A stretch of DNA of 64,000 nucleotides from NCBI GenBank assembly GCA_048268245.1, contig JBLWVX010000002.1, positions 1-64,000 on the forward strand. The letters are read 5' to 3'. The stretch is from Arcobacteraceae bacterium. Its GTDB lineage: Bacteria; Campylobacterota; Campylobacteria; Campylobacterales; Arcobacteraceae. Position numbers and translations under genes: made by a program. Within the stretch, counting starts at the first letter, position 1; the number at the start of each line of letters is the position of its first letter. Shown here one piece after another: positions 10,396 through 18,760 of this stretch. A model generated the notes under the pieces. The model did no database searches, was not told the DNA's origin, and saw only the letters and a list, made by a program, of their open reading frames with translations.

Positions 10396-11372
10396 ATCAA
10401 AATACAATTGGACGAAAAATAAGAATTATAGGTGTTTTATTTACTATATTAATGACTATAATTATTGCAACTACTGTTTACTTAAGCAACAAAAATAAAA
10501 AAGATGCCCTAGTAATTAATATTGCAGGTAAAGAAAGAATGTTGACACAAAAGATTTCTAAAAATATTTTTTACTTATATCATAATAATGGCTATTCTTT
10601 TACAGAATTAGATAGTGCAACACTAGAGTTCATTTATAATCTAAATTCATTAAAAGGTGGTAATAACTTAATTGGTATTCTTAAAGCTCCTACAGATGAA
10701 ATTGCTTCACAAATTTCAAAAGTTGAGATTTTATGGAATAACTTTTATAACAATATAAACAGATTTAAAGAGTTGTCTTTAAAAAGAGACTTAATAAATG
10801 AGAAAGAATTAAAAAGTATTGTTACTACTATTTATAAAACAAATAATCATCTTTTAGAAGAAGTTGATAAACTTGTGTCTATGTATACTGTTTATACTGA
10901 AGGGAAATCTCAATACATACAATATATGCAATATGTCTTTGCTTTAATCATAATATTTCTAATCATATATAGTTTCTCTCAACTAAAAAAGATGGAGGAA
11001 AATGCTAAGAAATTCTTAGAATATTCAAAAAAAGTTGTTGAAAGTGAAGGAAATGAACCTTTAGTTCCAATAAAAATAGAGGCTGAAAAAGAGATTATTG
11101 AAGCAACAGATACAATTAACTGCTTTATAAACAAAGTAAATGCAGCAGTCGAATACTCAAGTAGTGCTTCAAAAAAACTAGAAGAAATTACAACTGAATT
11201 TGATGAAATACTTGATGAACTTAACAATAATACAAATATCTCTTCTCAGCAATTAAATAAAAGTGAAGATATGGTTATTGAATCACAAGAAGAGCTAATC
11301 AATTCATCAAAAAAACTTCAAGAATTAAAAAAACAATTAGATTCTTTAATAGACAACTGTAAAACTCATTAA
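10392..11372 (+). CDS. Membrane protein with NarX/PilJ-type periplasmic sensor domain and cytoplasmic coiled coil
   Basis: Two TM helices; P-box-like DALVINIAGKERMLTQKI; no kinase or MCP signalling motifs. Confidence 0.8.
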   Translation: MNQNTIGRKIRIIGVLFTILMTIIIATTVYLSNKNKKDALVINIAGKERMLTQKISKNIFYLYHNNGYSFTELDSATLEFIYNLNSLKGGNNLIGILKAPTDEIASQISKVEILWNNFYNNINRFKELSLKRDLINEKELKSIVTTIYKTNNHLLEEVDKLVSMYTVYTEGKSQYIQYMQYVFALIIIFLIIYSFSQLKKMEENAKKFLEYSKKVVESEGNEPLVPIKIEAEKEIIEATDTINCFINKVNAAVEYSSSASKKLEEITTEFDEILDELNNNTNISSQQLNKSEDMVIESQEELINSSKKLQELKKQLDSLIDNCKTH

Positions 11373-11387
11373 TAATGGGTTTTACAG
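11357..11387 (+). terminator. Hairpin at end of crp-sensor operon
   Basis: CTGTAAAACTCATT-aat-AATGGGTTTTACAG inverted repeat. Confidence 0.6.
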
Positions 11388-11480
11388 AAAAACACTTCAT
11401 TAATCTATACTAATTTAATATACTATAATTTTATAAGGTATAATTTAGTATACTTTTAAAAATTTAAACTAAGGTATGAA

Positions 11481-12212
11481 ATGGCGAAGGTATATTTAAC
11501 AGGAGCAGGTCCTGGAGATATAGAACTTATGACAATAAAAGCATTAAAAGTTGTACAAAATGCAGATGTTATTATATATGATAGATTAGCAAATAGTGAA
11601 ATATTAAAAGAAGCAAAAAAAGATGTAAAACTTATTTTTGTGGGAAAAGAAAAAGGAAATCATAGAGTTCCACAAGATGAAATAAATGAACTTATCTATC
11701 AAAATGCTTTAAAATATGAAAATGTTGTAAGACTAAAAGGTGGTGATCCTTTTGTATTTGGTAGAGGTGGAGAAGAAGCTTTATATTTAAAACAAAGAGA
11801 TATTGAGTTTGAAATTATTCCAGGAGTTACCTCAGCTATTTCAGTACCTGCCTATGCTGGTATTCCTATTACTCACAGAGGAGTTACTCCTTCTTTTAGA
11901 GTTGTTACAGGACATAGAAAAAGTAGTGATAATATTGCAAAAATAAATTGGGATAGTTTTATAGAAGATGAAACTATTGTATTTTTAATGGGCTTACATA
12001 ATATTGAACTAATAGTAAGTAAACTTTTAGAAGTAGGAAAAAAAGAAGATTATCCTTGTGCAATAATCTCAAATGGTACAACTAAAGACCAAAAAGTAAT
12101 AACTGGAACATTAAATAATATTGTTTCAAAATCAAAAGAAGCTCAAAGTCCTGCAATTATAATCGTAGGTGAAGTAGTAAACTTAAGAAATGAATTAAAA
12201 TGGTTTAATTAA
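11481..12212 (+). CDS. cobA: Uroporphyrinogen-III C-methyltransferase
   Basis: GAGPGD, VRLKGGDPFVFGRGGEE, PGVTS. Confidence 0.95.
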   Translation: MAKVYLTGAGPGDIELMTIKALKVVQNADVIIYDRLANSEILKEAKKDVKLIFVGKEKGNHRVPQDEINELIYQNALKYENVVRLKGGDPFVFGRGGEEALYLKQRDIEFEIIPGVTSAISVPAYAGIPITHRGVTPSFRVVTGHRKSSDNIAKINWDSFIEDETIVFLMGLHNIELIVSKLLEVGKKEDYPCAIISNGTTKDQKVITGTLNNIVSKSKEAQSPAIIIVGEVVNLRNELKWFN

Positions 12213-12473
12213 GCCATTTTTTTCTTCAAAATCATAAACCCCCCAAAAAATAGAACTATTTACTCATTTACCTATTTTTATTAAACACTTTATTTCTTTT
12301 TAATTTTTTTATACATTATTAGTTTTAGCAAAGTTTCAAAAAATTTCAAAATTGTCTATTTTATATATACAATTGCTACCTAAATGCTATATTTACCTAA
12401 TATACTGAATTACAAGTTAAATTCAATTAATTACAAAATCTAGAATTTACAAAATAAACTTTAAGGATGAGAA

Positions 12474-13490
12474 ATGAGATTTTTAAAAACTGCTTCATTA
12501 AGTATAGCATCGGTAGCTTTATTAGCAAGTGTTTCTACAGCAGATACATTAGATTCTGTTAAGAAAAAAGGTGTTTTAAATTGTGGTGTATCTACTGGTA
12601 TTGCTGGTTTTTCTGCAACTGATTCTAGTGGACAATGGAAAGGTTTAGATGTAGATATGTGTAAAGCTGTTGCATCTGCTGTTTTTGGTGATCCATCAAA
12701 GGTTAAGTATGTAGCTTTAACTGCAAAAGAAAGATTTACTGCATTACAAAGTGGTGAAATCGATTTATTATCTAGATCAACTACATGGACTAATACTAGA
12801 GATACATCACTAGGGCTTAACTTTGCTGGTGTAAACTACTATGATGGACAAGGTTTCTTAATCAATAAGGATATTGGTGTAAATTCTGCAAAAGAGTTAG
12901 ATGGAGCAACAGTTTGTATTCAAGCAGGTACTACAACTGAACTTAACCTAACTGACTACTTCAAAGCTAATAAGATGACTTATAAACCAATCACTTACGA
13001 TACATCAGGTCAAACAATTGAAGGATTTAAATCTGGAAGATGTGATGTTGTAACTTCAGATGCTTCACAACTTTATGGTTTAGTATTAAAAGTAAAAGAT
13101 CCAAATTCTGTAAAAGTACTACCTGAGATTATCTCAAAAGAGCCATTGGGTCCTGTTGTAAGACAAGGTGATGATAAATGGTTTAATATCGTAAAATGGA
13201 CTCACATTGCAATGCTAAATGCAGAAGAGTTTGGAATCACTCAAGCTAATGTAGATTCAATGTTAAAATCTAAAAACCCTGGTATTAAAAGAATCTTAGG
13301 AGAATCAGGAAAAGCTGGTGAAAATCTAGGACTAGATGCAAAATGGGCATATAATATTATTAAAAATGTTGGAAACTATGGAGAATCATTTGAAAGAAAT
13401 GTAGGTAAAGACTCTCCACTTAAAATTGATAGAGGTTTAAATAAACTTTGGACTGATGGTGGTTTACAGTATGGAGCACCAATTAGATAG
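12474..13490 (+). CDS. aapJ: General L-amino acid ABC transporter substrate-binding protein
   Basis: Signal peptide; ERFTALQSGEID, NYYDGQGF, ISKEPLGP. Confidence 0.9.
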   Translation: MRFLKTASLSIASVALLASVSTADTLDSVKKKGVLNCGVSTGIAGFSATDSSGQWKGLDVDMCKAVASAVFGDPSKVKYVALTAKERFTALQSGEIDLLSRSTTWTNTRDTSLGLNFAGVNYYDGQGFLINKDIGVNSAKELDGATVCIQAGTTTELNLTDYFKANKMTYKPITYDTSGQTIEGFKSGRCDVVTSDASQLYGLVLKVKDPNSVKVLPEIISKEPLGPVVRQGDDKWFNIVKWTHIAMLNAEEFGITQANVDSMLKSKNPGIKRILGESGKAGENLGLDAKWAYNIIKNVGNYGESFERNVGKDSPLKIDRGLNKLWTDGGLQYGAPIR

Positions 13491-13502
13491 TTCTATCAAA
13501 TC

Positions 13503-13526
13503 AAGGGGGAATAATCCCCCTTTTTT
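13503..13526 (+). terminator. Intra-operon hairpin/terminator after aapJ
   Basis: AAGGGGGA-ataa-TCCCCCTT followed by T run. Confidence 0.75.
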
Positions 13527-13539
13527 ATAAGGTATAAAA

Positions 13540-14724
13540 ATGAATAAAAAAAATAAGCCCCCAATGCTTTCAAGTGCATTTTATAACAATCCTGAAAATA
13601 GAGCAATTATTTATCAAGCAATAGCACTTGCAGCAATATTTTTATTTACATATTTTGTTTTAAACAATATGTTTATAAATATAGAAAAACGTGGAATTAA
13701 TACAGGTTTTGATTTCTTAAGTAGTGAAGCTGGTTTTGGAATCTTACAATCATTAATTGCATATGATGAATCAGATACACATGGAAAAGTATTTATAGTT
13801 GGTTTATTAAATACAATTTTAGTTTCAGCTATTGGTATTATCTTTGCAACTATTATTGGTTTACTAGTTGGTATTGGAAGACTTTCAAAAAACTGGATGG
13901 TTTCAAAACTATCAATGGTATATGTTGAGACATTTAGAAATATCCCTATTCTTTTACAAATTCTATTTTGGTACAACGTTGTATTAGCAGCTCTACCAAG
14001 TCCAAGACAAAGTATTTCTTTTTTTGACTCTATTTTTTTTAATAATCGTGGGTTATATATTCCTAAACCTATTTTAGAAAGTGGTTTTATTGCAGTTGTC
14101 ATTGCTTTTATCTTAGCTATTATAGCTGTCATTTTCCTATCAAATTGGGCCAAAAAAAGACATGATGAAACAGGAGAAGAGTTTCCTTTGATTCCTACTT
14201 CTTTAGCTATTTTAATAGGTGCACCTATATTAGTTTATTTCTTAAGTGGTACACCTGCCTCATTAGAGTATGCACAATTAAAAGGTTTTAACTTTAGAGG
14301 TGGATGGACACTAATCCCAGAGTTACTAGCACTAGCCTTTGCACTTAGTATTTACACGGCTACTTATATAGCTGAAGCTGTAAGAGCTGGTATTGAAGCT
14401 GTTCCTAAGGGACAAAAAGAAGCAGCTCATGCTTTAGGATTAAAAGACTATGTTATTCTTAAAAAAGTTGTTTTACCTCAAGCATTAAGAGTTATTATTC
14501 CACCTGTTATAAATCAATATCTAAATCTAGTAAAAAACTCATCTTTAGCGACAGCTATTGGATATCCAGAGTTAGTAACTATTTTCTCAGGTACTTCTCT
14601 AAATCAAGTGGGACAAGCAATTGAAATTATATTAATGACAATGGCTGTTTATTTAACACTAAGTATTCTTATTTCAGTACTTATGAACTATGCAAATAAA
14701 AAAATGCAAATAAAGGAGAGATAA
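13540..14724 (+). CDS. aapQ: Amino acid ABC transporter permease
   Basis: YVETFRNIPILLQ; EAA loop (GQKEAAHALGL). Confidence 0.9.
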   Translation: MNKKNKPPMLSSAFYNNPENRAIIYQAIALAAIFLFTYFVLNNMFINIEKRGINTGFDFLSSEAGFGILQSLIAYDESDTHGKVFIVGLLNTILVSAIGIIFATIIGLLVGIGRLSKNWMVSKLSMVYVETFRNIPILLQILFWYNVVLAALPSPRQSISFFDSIFFNNRGLYIPKPILESGFIAVVIAFILAIIAVIFLSNWAKKRHDETGEEFPLIPTSLAILIGAPILVYFLSGTPASLEYAQLKGFNFRGGWTLIPELLALAFALSIYTATYIAEAVRAGIEAVPKGQKEAAHALGLKDYVILKKVVLPQALRVIIPPVINQYLNLVKNSSLATAIGYPELVTIFSGTSLNQVGQAIEIILMTMAVYLTLSILISVLMNYANKKMQIKER

Positions 14725-15803
14725 TGGCTATTTATGAAAAATTAGAAGCAAGACCAGCTCCTTCAAGTACAAAAGGTATTATTCACTGGTTTAAAGAGAA
14801 TTTATTTAATTCTATTCTTAGTACAGTTTTAACACTAGTATCATTTTATTTTCTTTATCTAGTTATTCCTCCTTTATTAGACTGGATGATTTTTGATGCT
14901 ACATGGAGTGGAACAAAAGAAGAAATTACAAAAGATGGTGCTAGATGGATTTTTATTTTTGAAAAATTCAACCAGTTTATTTATGGTTTCTATCCAGAAG
15001 AGTTATACTGGAGACCTAACTTAGCTTTATTTATTTTTGTTGTTTATGTAATTGCTTTTAAAAAGATTGACAATATTAAAGTAAGAGCATTTATCATTCT
15101 TTCATTTCCTGTATTTACTTATACTTTAGTTGCAGGTGGTTTTGGTTTAGAAGTAGTTGAAACTGAAAAATGGGGTGGATTATTACTTACTATTATTGTA
15201 GCTTCTGTTGGTATTATTGCTTCTTTTCCTATAGGTATTCTTTTTGCACTAGGAAGACAATCTAATATGCCAATTATTAGAACAATATCTATTATATATA
15301 TTGAATTTATTAGAGGGGTTCCTTTAATTACTATTCTTTTCATGGCATCAGTAATTTTACCTTTATTTTTCCCTGAGGGTATGGATTTTGATAAATTACT
15401 AAGAGCATTAATTGGTATTACTTTATTTCAAGCTGCCTATATAGCAGAAGTTATTAGAGGTGGTTTACAAGCTATTCCAAAAGGACAATATGAAGCAGCA
15501 GATGCTTTAGGTTTAACTTATTGGAAAAAGATGGGATTAGTTATCTTACCACAAGCATTAAAAATTTCTATTCCAAATATTGTTGGTTCATTTATTTCAT
15601 TATTCAAAGATACTACGCTTATCTTAATTATTGGACTATTTGATGTTCTTGCAATGGTAACACTTACAAATAGTGATACAAACTGGTTAGGGTTTGAAAC
15701 TGAAGGTTATGTTTTCGTAACAATGATATATTGGGTTATTTGTTTTAGTATGTCTAAATATGCTAAATCAATTGAAAATAGATTTAATACAAATCATAGA
15801 TAA
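14724..15803 (+). CDS. aapM: Amino acid ABC transporter permease
   Basis: WGGLLLT, EFIRGVPLI, GQYEAADALGL. Confidence 0.9.
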   Translation: MAIYEKLEARPAPSSTKGIIHWFKENLFNSILSTVLTLVSFYFLYLVIPPLLDWMIFDATWSGTKEEITKDGARWIFIFEKFNQFIYGFYPEELYWRPNLALFIFVVYVIAFKKIDNIKVRAFIILSFPVFTYTLVAGGFGLEVVETEKWGGLLLTIIVASVGIIASFPIGILFALGRQSNMPIIRTISIIYIEFIRGVPLITILFMASVILPLFFPEGMDFDKLLRALIGITLFQAAYIAEVIRGGLQAIPKGQYEAADALGLTYWKKMGLVILPQALKISIPNIVGSFISLFKDTTLILIIGLFDVLAMVTLTNSDTNWLGFETEGYVFVTMIYWVICFSMSKYAKSIENRFNTNHR

Positions 15804-15825
15804 TATAAAAAGATAGGATTACAAA

Positions 15826-16572
15826 ATGAGTGAATTAGAATATATGATACAACTAAAAGAAGTTAATAAATGGTACGGGGATTTCCACGTATTAAAAAAT
15901 GTTAATTTAAATGTAAAAAAAGGTGAAAGAGTTGTTATTTGTGGACCCTCAGGGTCTGGTAAATCTACAACTATTAGATGTATGAATAGACTTGAAGCTT
16001 TCCAAGAAGGTCAAATTATTATTAATGGTTTAGAATTAACAGAAGATGTAAAAAGAATTAGAGAGATTAGAACACATGTTGGAATGGTATTTCAACACTT
16101 CAACCTATTCCCTCATCTTTCAATCTTAGAAAACCTAATCTTAGCTCCTACTTGGGTTGGTAAAAAACCAAGAAAAGAAGCAATAAAAACTGCAATGCAC
16201 TATTTAGAGCGAGTTAAAATTGCAGATCAAGCAGATAAATATCCAAATCAACTATCAGGAGGACAACAACAAAGAGTTGCTATTGCTAGATGTTTATGTT
16301 CAAACCCAGATATTATGTTATTTGATGAACCAACAGCAGCACTAGATCCGGAAATGATTGGGGAAGTATTAGATGTAATGACAGAACTTGCTAATGATGG
16401 AATTACTATGGTTTGTGTAACTCATGAGATGGGATTTGCAAAAAAAGTTGCTGATAGAGTTATCTTTATGGATGCAGGACAAATTGTAGAAGAAAATACT
16501 CCTCATGAGTTCTTTGACAATCCTCAATCAGATAGATTAAAACTATTCTTACAACAAATTTTAGATCACTAA
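15826..16572 (+). CDS. aapP: Amino acid ABC transporter ATP-binding protein
   Basis: [27 protein letters not shown]. Confidence 0.93.
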   Translation: MSELEYMIQLKEVNKWYGDFHVLKNVNLNVKKGERVVICGPSGSGKSTTIRCMNRLEAFQEGQIIINGLELTEDVKRIREIRTHVGMVFQHFNLFPHLSILENLILAPTWVGKKPRKEAIKTAMHYLERVKIADQADKYPNQLSGGQQQRVAIARCLCSNPDIMLFDEPTAALDPEMIGEVLDVMTELANDGITMVCVTHEMGFAKKVADRVIFMDAGQIVEENTPHEFFDNPQSDRLKLFLQQILDH

Positions 16573-16573
16573 A

Positions 16574-17935
16574 ATGACTATCTTTAAGCTTTTTAAAATA
16601 GGTGTTGGGCCTTCAAGTTCACACACCGTAGGACCAATGCTTATTGCAAAAAGGTTTGTAGAGTTAATAAAAGAACAAAATCACTTTTCATATCTTGATA
16701 GAATCAAAGTAGAGTTATTTGGCTCACTAGGAGCTACAGGAATTGGACATCATAGCAATAGTGCTGTTTTATTAGGTCTAATGGGAAATGAACCTAAAAC
16801 TGTAGATACAAATACAATTCAAGAAAAAATAGATGAAATAAAAAACTCTTCATTACTAAAACTATTTAATGAAAAAGAGATTACATTCTCATATAAAGAG
16901 GATTTAATTTTATATCAAAACAAAACTCTAGCCTTTCATCCAAATGCAATTAAATTAAGTATTTATAAAAATAAAAATGAGTTATTTTCAAAAATATATT
17001 ATTCTATTGGAGGAGGAGAAGTAATAAGTGAAGATGAAATTAATGCTAAAAAAACAGATGAAAAAACTCTTCCCTATAATTTTACTTCTGCAAAAGAGTT
17101 ACTACAAAAAGCAAAAGATAATAACCTAAGTATCGCTCAACTTATTTTGGAAAATGAAAAAGTCTATAGAAGCGAATTTGAAATAAAAAAAGGTTTACTT
17201 GAAATATGGTCTGTTATGAAAGAGTGTGTTCAAAATGGTTTAACAACGAAAGGCATTCTTCCTGGAGGTTTAAATGTACACAAAAGAGCCTATAATATTC
17301 ATCAAAAACTAAAAGAAAAAATACCAAATGACCCATTAGCGATTGTTGACTGGATTAACCTTTATGCACTAGCTGTAAATGAAGAGAATGCTAGTGGGAA
17401 AAGAGTTGTAACAGCTCCAACAAATGGTGCTTCAGGAATTATTCCTGCTGTTTTACATTATATTGTGGGCTTCTTAATTGCAAAAAAAGATGAAGAAGAA
17501 GTTGTAATTGATTTTTTACTAACTTCAGGAGCAATAGGACTTTTATATCAAAAAAATGCCTCTATTTCAGGAGCTGATGTTGGATGTCAAGGTGAAGTTG
17601 GAGTTGCATGCTCTATGGCTGCTGCTGGAATGGCTTCATTTCTAGAAGCAAGTAATGAACAAATTGAAAATGCTGCTGAAATTGCAATGGAACATAATCT
17701 TGGTCTAACTTGTGATCCAATAGGTGGACTTGTACAGATTCCTTGTATTGAAAGAAATGCAATGGCAGCTATGAACGCTGTTAATGCTGCACGAATGGCT
17801 ATAAATGAAGATGGAAAGCATTATGTATCTTTGGACTCGGTTATAAAAACAATGTTTGAAACAGGGAAAGATATGAAAAATAAATATAAAGAGACTTCAA
17901 AAGGCGGTTTAGCCGTTAATTATATTGAATGTTAA
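16574..17935 (+). CDS. sdaA: L-serine ammonia-lyase (Fe-S dependent, single chain)
   Basis: IGVGPSSSHTVGPM, VTAPTNGASG, GCQGEVG, LTCDPIGGLVQIPCIERN. Confidence 0.96.
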   Translation: MTIFKLFKIGVGPSSSHTVGPMLIAKRFVELIKEQNHFSYLDRIKVELFGSLGATGIGHHSNSAVLLGLMGNEPKTVDTNTIQEKIDEIKNSSLLKLFNEKEITFSYKEDLILYQNKTLAFHPNAIKLSIYKNKNELFSKIYYSIGGGEVISEDEINAKKTDEKTLPYNFTSAKELLQKAKDNNLSIAQLILENEKVYRSEFEIKKGLLEIWSVMKECVQNGLTTKGILPGGLNVHKRAYNIHQKLKEKIPNDPLAIVDWINLYALAVNEENASGKRVVTAPTNGASGIIPAVLHYIVGFLIAKKDEEEVVIDFLLTSGAIGLLYQKNASISGADVGCQGEVGVACSMAAAGMASFLEASNEQIENAAEIAMEHNLGLTCDPIGGLVQIPCIERNAMAAMNAVNAARMAINEDGKHYVSLDSVIKTMFETGKDMKNKYKETSKGGLAVNYIEC

Positions 17936-17943
17936 GTCAAGAC

Positions 17944-18570
17944 TTAACCAAAAGCTAACCATACCCCTATTCCCATCATCATACTTCCTGCAACTTTATT
18001 TATCAATCTTACATTCGAGCTATTCTGTAGTAATTTACGTAAAGTTTTTCCACCTGTTGCATAAATAATTAAACAAGAAAACTCTAAAAGTAAAATCATA
18101 AAAATCAATATTGTTAACTGTGAAAACATAGGTAAACTTTGATCTATAAAAGGAGGAAGAAGTGCTATAAAAAATGCCCACCCTTTTGGATTTGCAATAG
18201 CAGTTATAAAACCTTGCATCATTAAATTTTTCTTTGAAATACTATATTTACACTCATCAAGATTAATAGCCATTTTTCCACGTGAAAGCCACATTTGAAT
18301 ACCAAGATAAAATAAGTAAGCTCCACCACCATATTTAAGAACTAAAAAAATTGTTGGATACTTAAGCATTATGGTAGCAACCCCTATAACAGAGGATGTT
18401 GCCACTAAACTAACACCAACTAATTCTCCATACATCATATAAAGAGTTCTTTTTAATCCTATACTCATTCCCATACTAAGAGCAAGAGTCATACACATAC
18501 CAGGAGTAATAGAAACAACAAAAAAAGTAGGAATAAATACAGCTAACAAAGATAAATTAATAAAGTCCAA
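17944..18570 (-). CDS. LysE/RhtB family amino acid exporter
   Basis: SITPGMC, LKYGGGAYLFYLG, ANPKGWAFF. Confidence 0.9.
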   Translation of the reverse strand: MDFINLSLLAVFIPTFFVVSITPGMCMTLALSMGMSIGLKRTLYMMYGELVGVSLVATSSVIGVATIMLKYPTIFLVLKYGGGAYLFYLGIQMWLSRGKMAINLDECKYSISKKNLMMQGFITAIANPKGWAFFIALLPPFIDQSLPMFSQLTILIFMILLLEFSCLIIYATGGKTLRKLLQNSSNVRLINKVAGSMMMGIGVWLAFG

Positions 18571-18683
18571 AATAATCCTTTTGTAAAGATAATATTATAT
18601 TTAAAAATACATAAGTTACTATTGATTTTTTAACAAACTTTTGGAAATAGGACATTTTTTATCTTAATTAAAACTTAAGCAAA

Positions 18684-18697
18684 TTGACATGGGTCAA
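18684..18697. promoter_or_regulatory. Crp/Fnr-type operator upstream of napA
   Basis: TTGAC-ATGG-GTCAA palindrome (extends to AATTGAC...GTCAATT) upstream of an extended -10-like TGTTACAAT. Confidence 0.75.
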
Positions 18698-18760
18698 TTT
18701 CTTTAGCTTACATTATTGTTACAATTATCCTACAAAACTTAATTATTCAAAGGAGAAGTT

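Noticed and set aside
12239..12244. C6 tract upstream of aapJ as a phase-variation site
   Set aside because: Too short compared with typical hypermutable tracts, and far from the promoter core
13614..14153. 179-aa antisense ORF within aapQ, and similar shadow ORFs such as 18739-19029, 28956-29414, 48461-48892 and 50802-51089
   Set aside because: Lie largely or wholly opposite well-supported genes and carry no recognisable motifs
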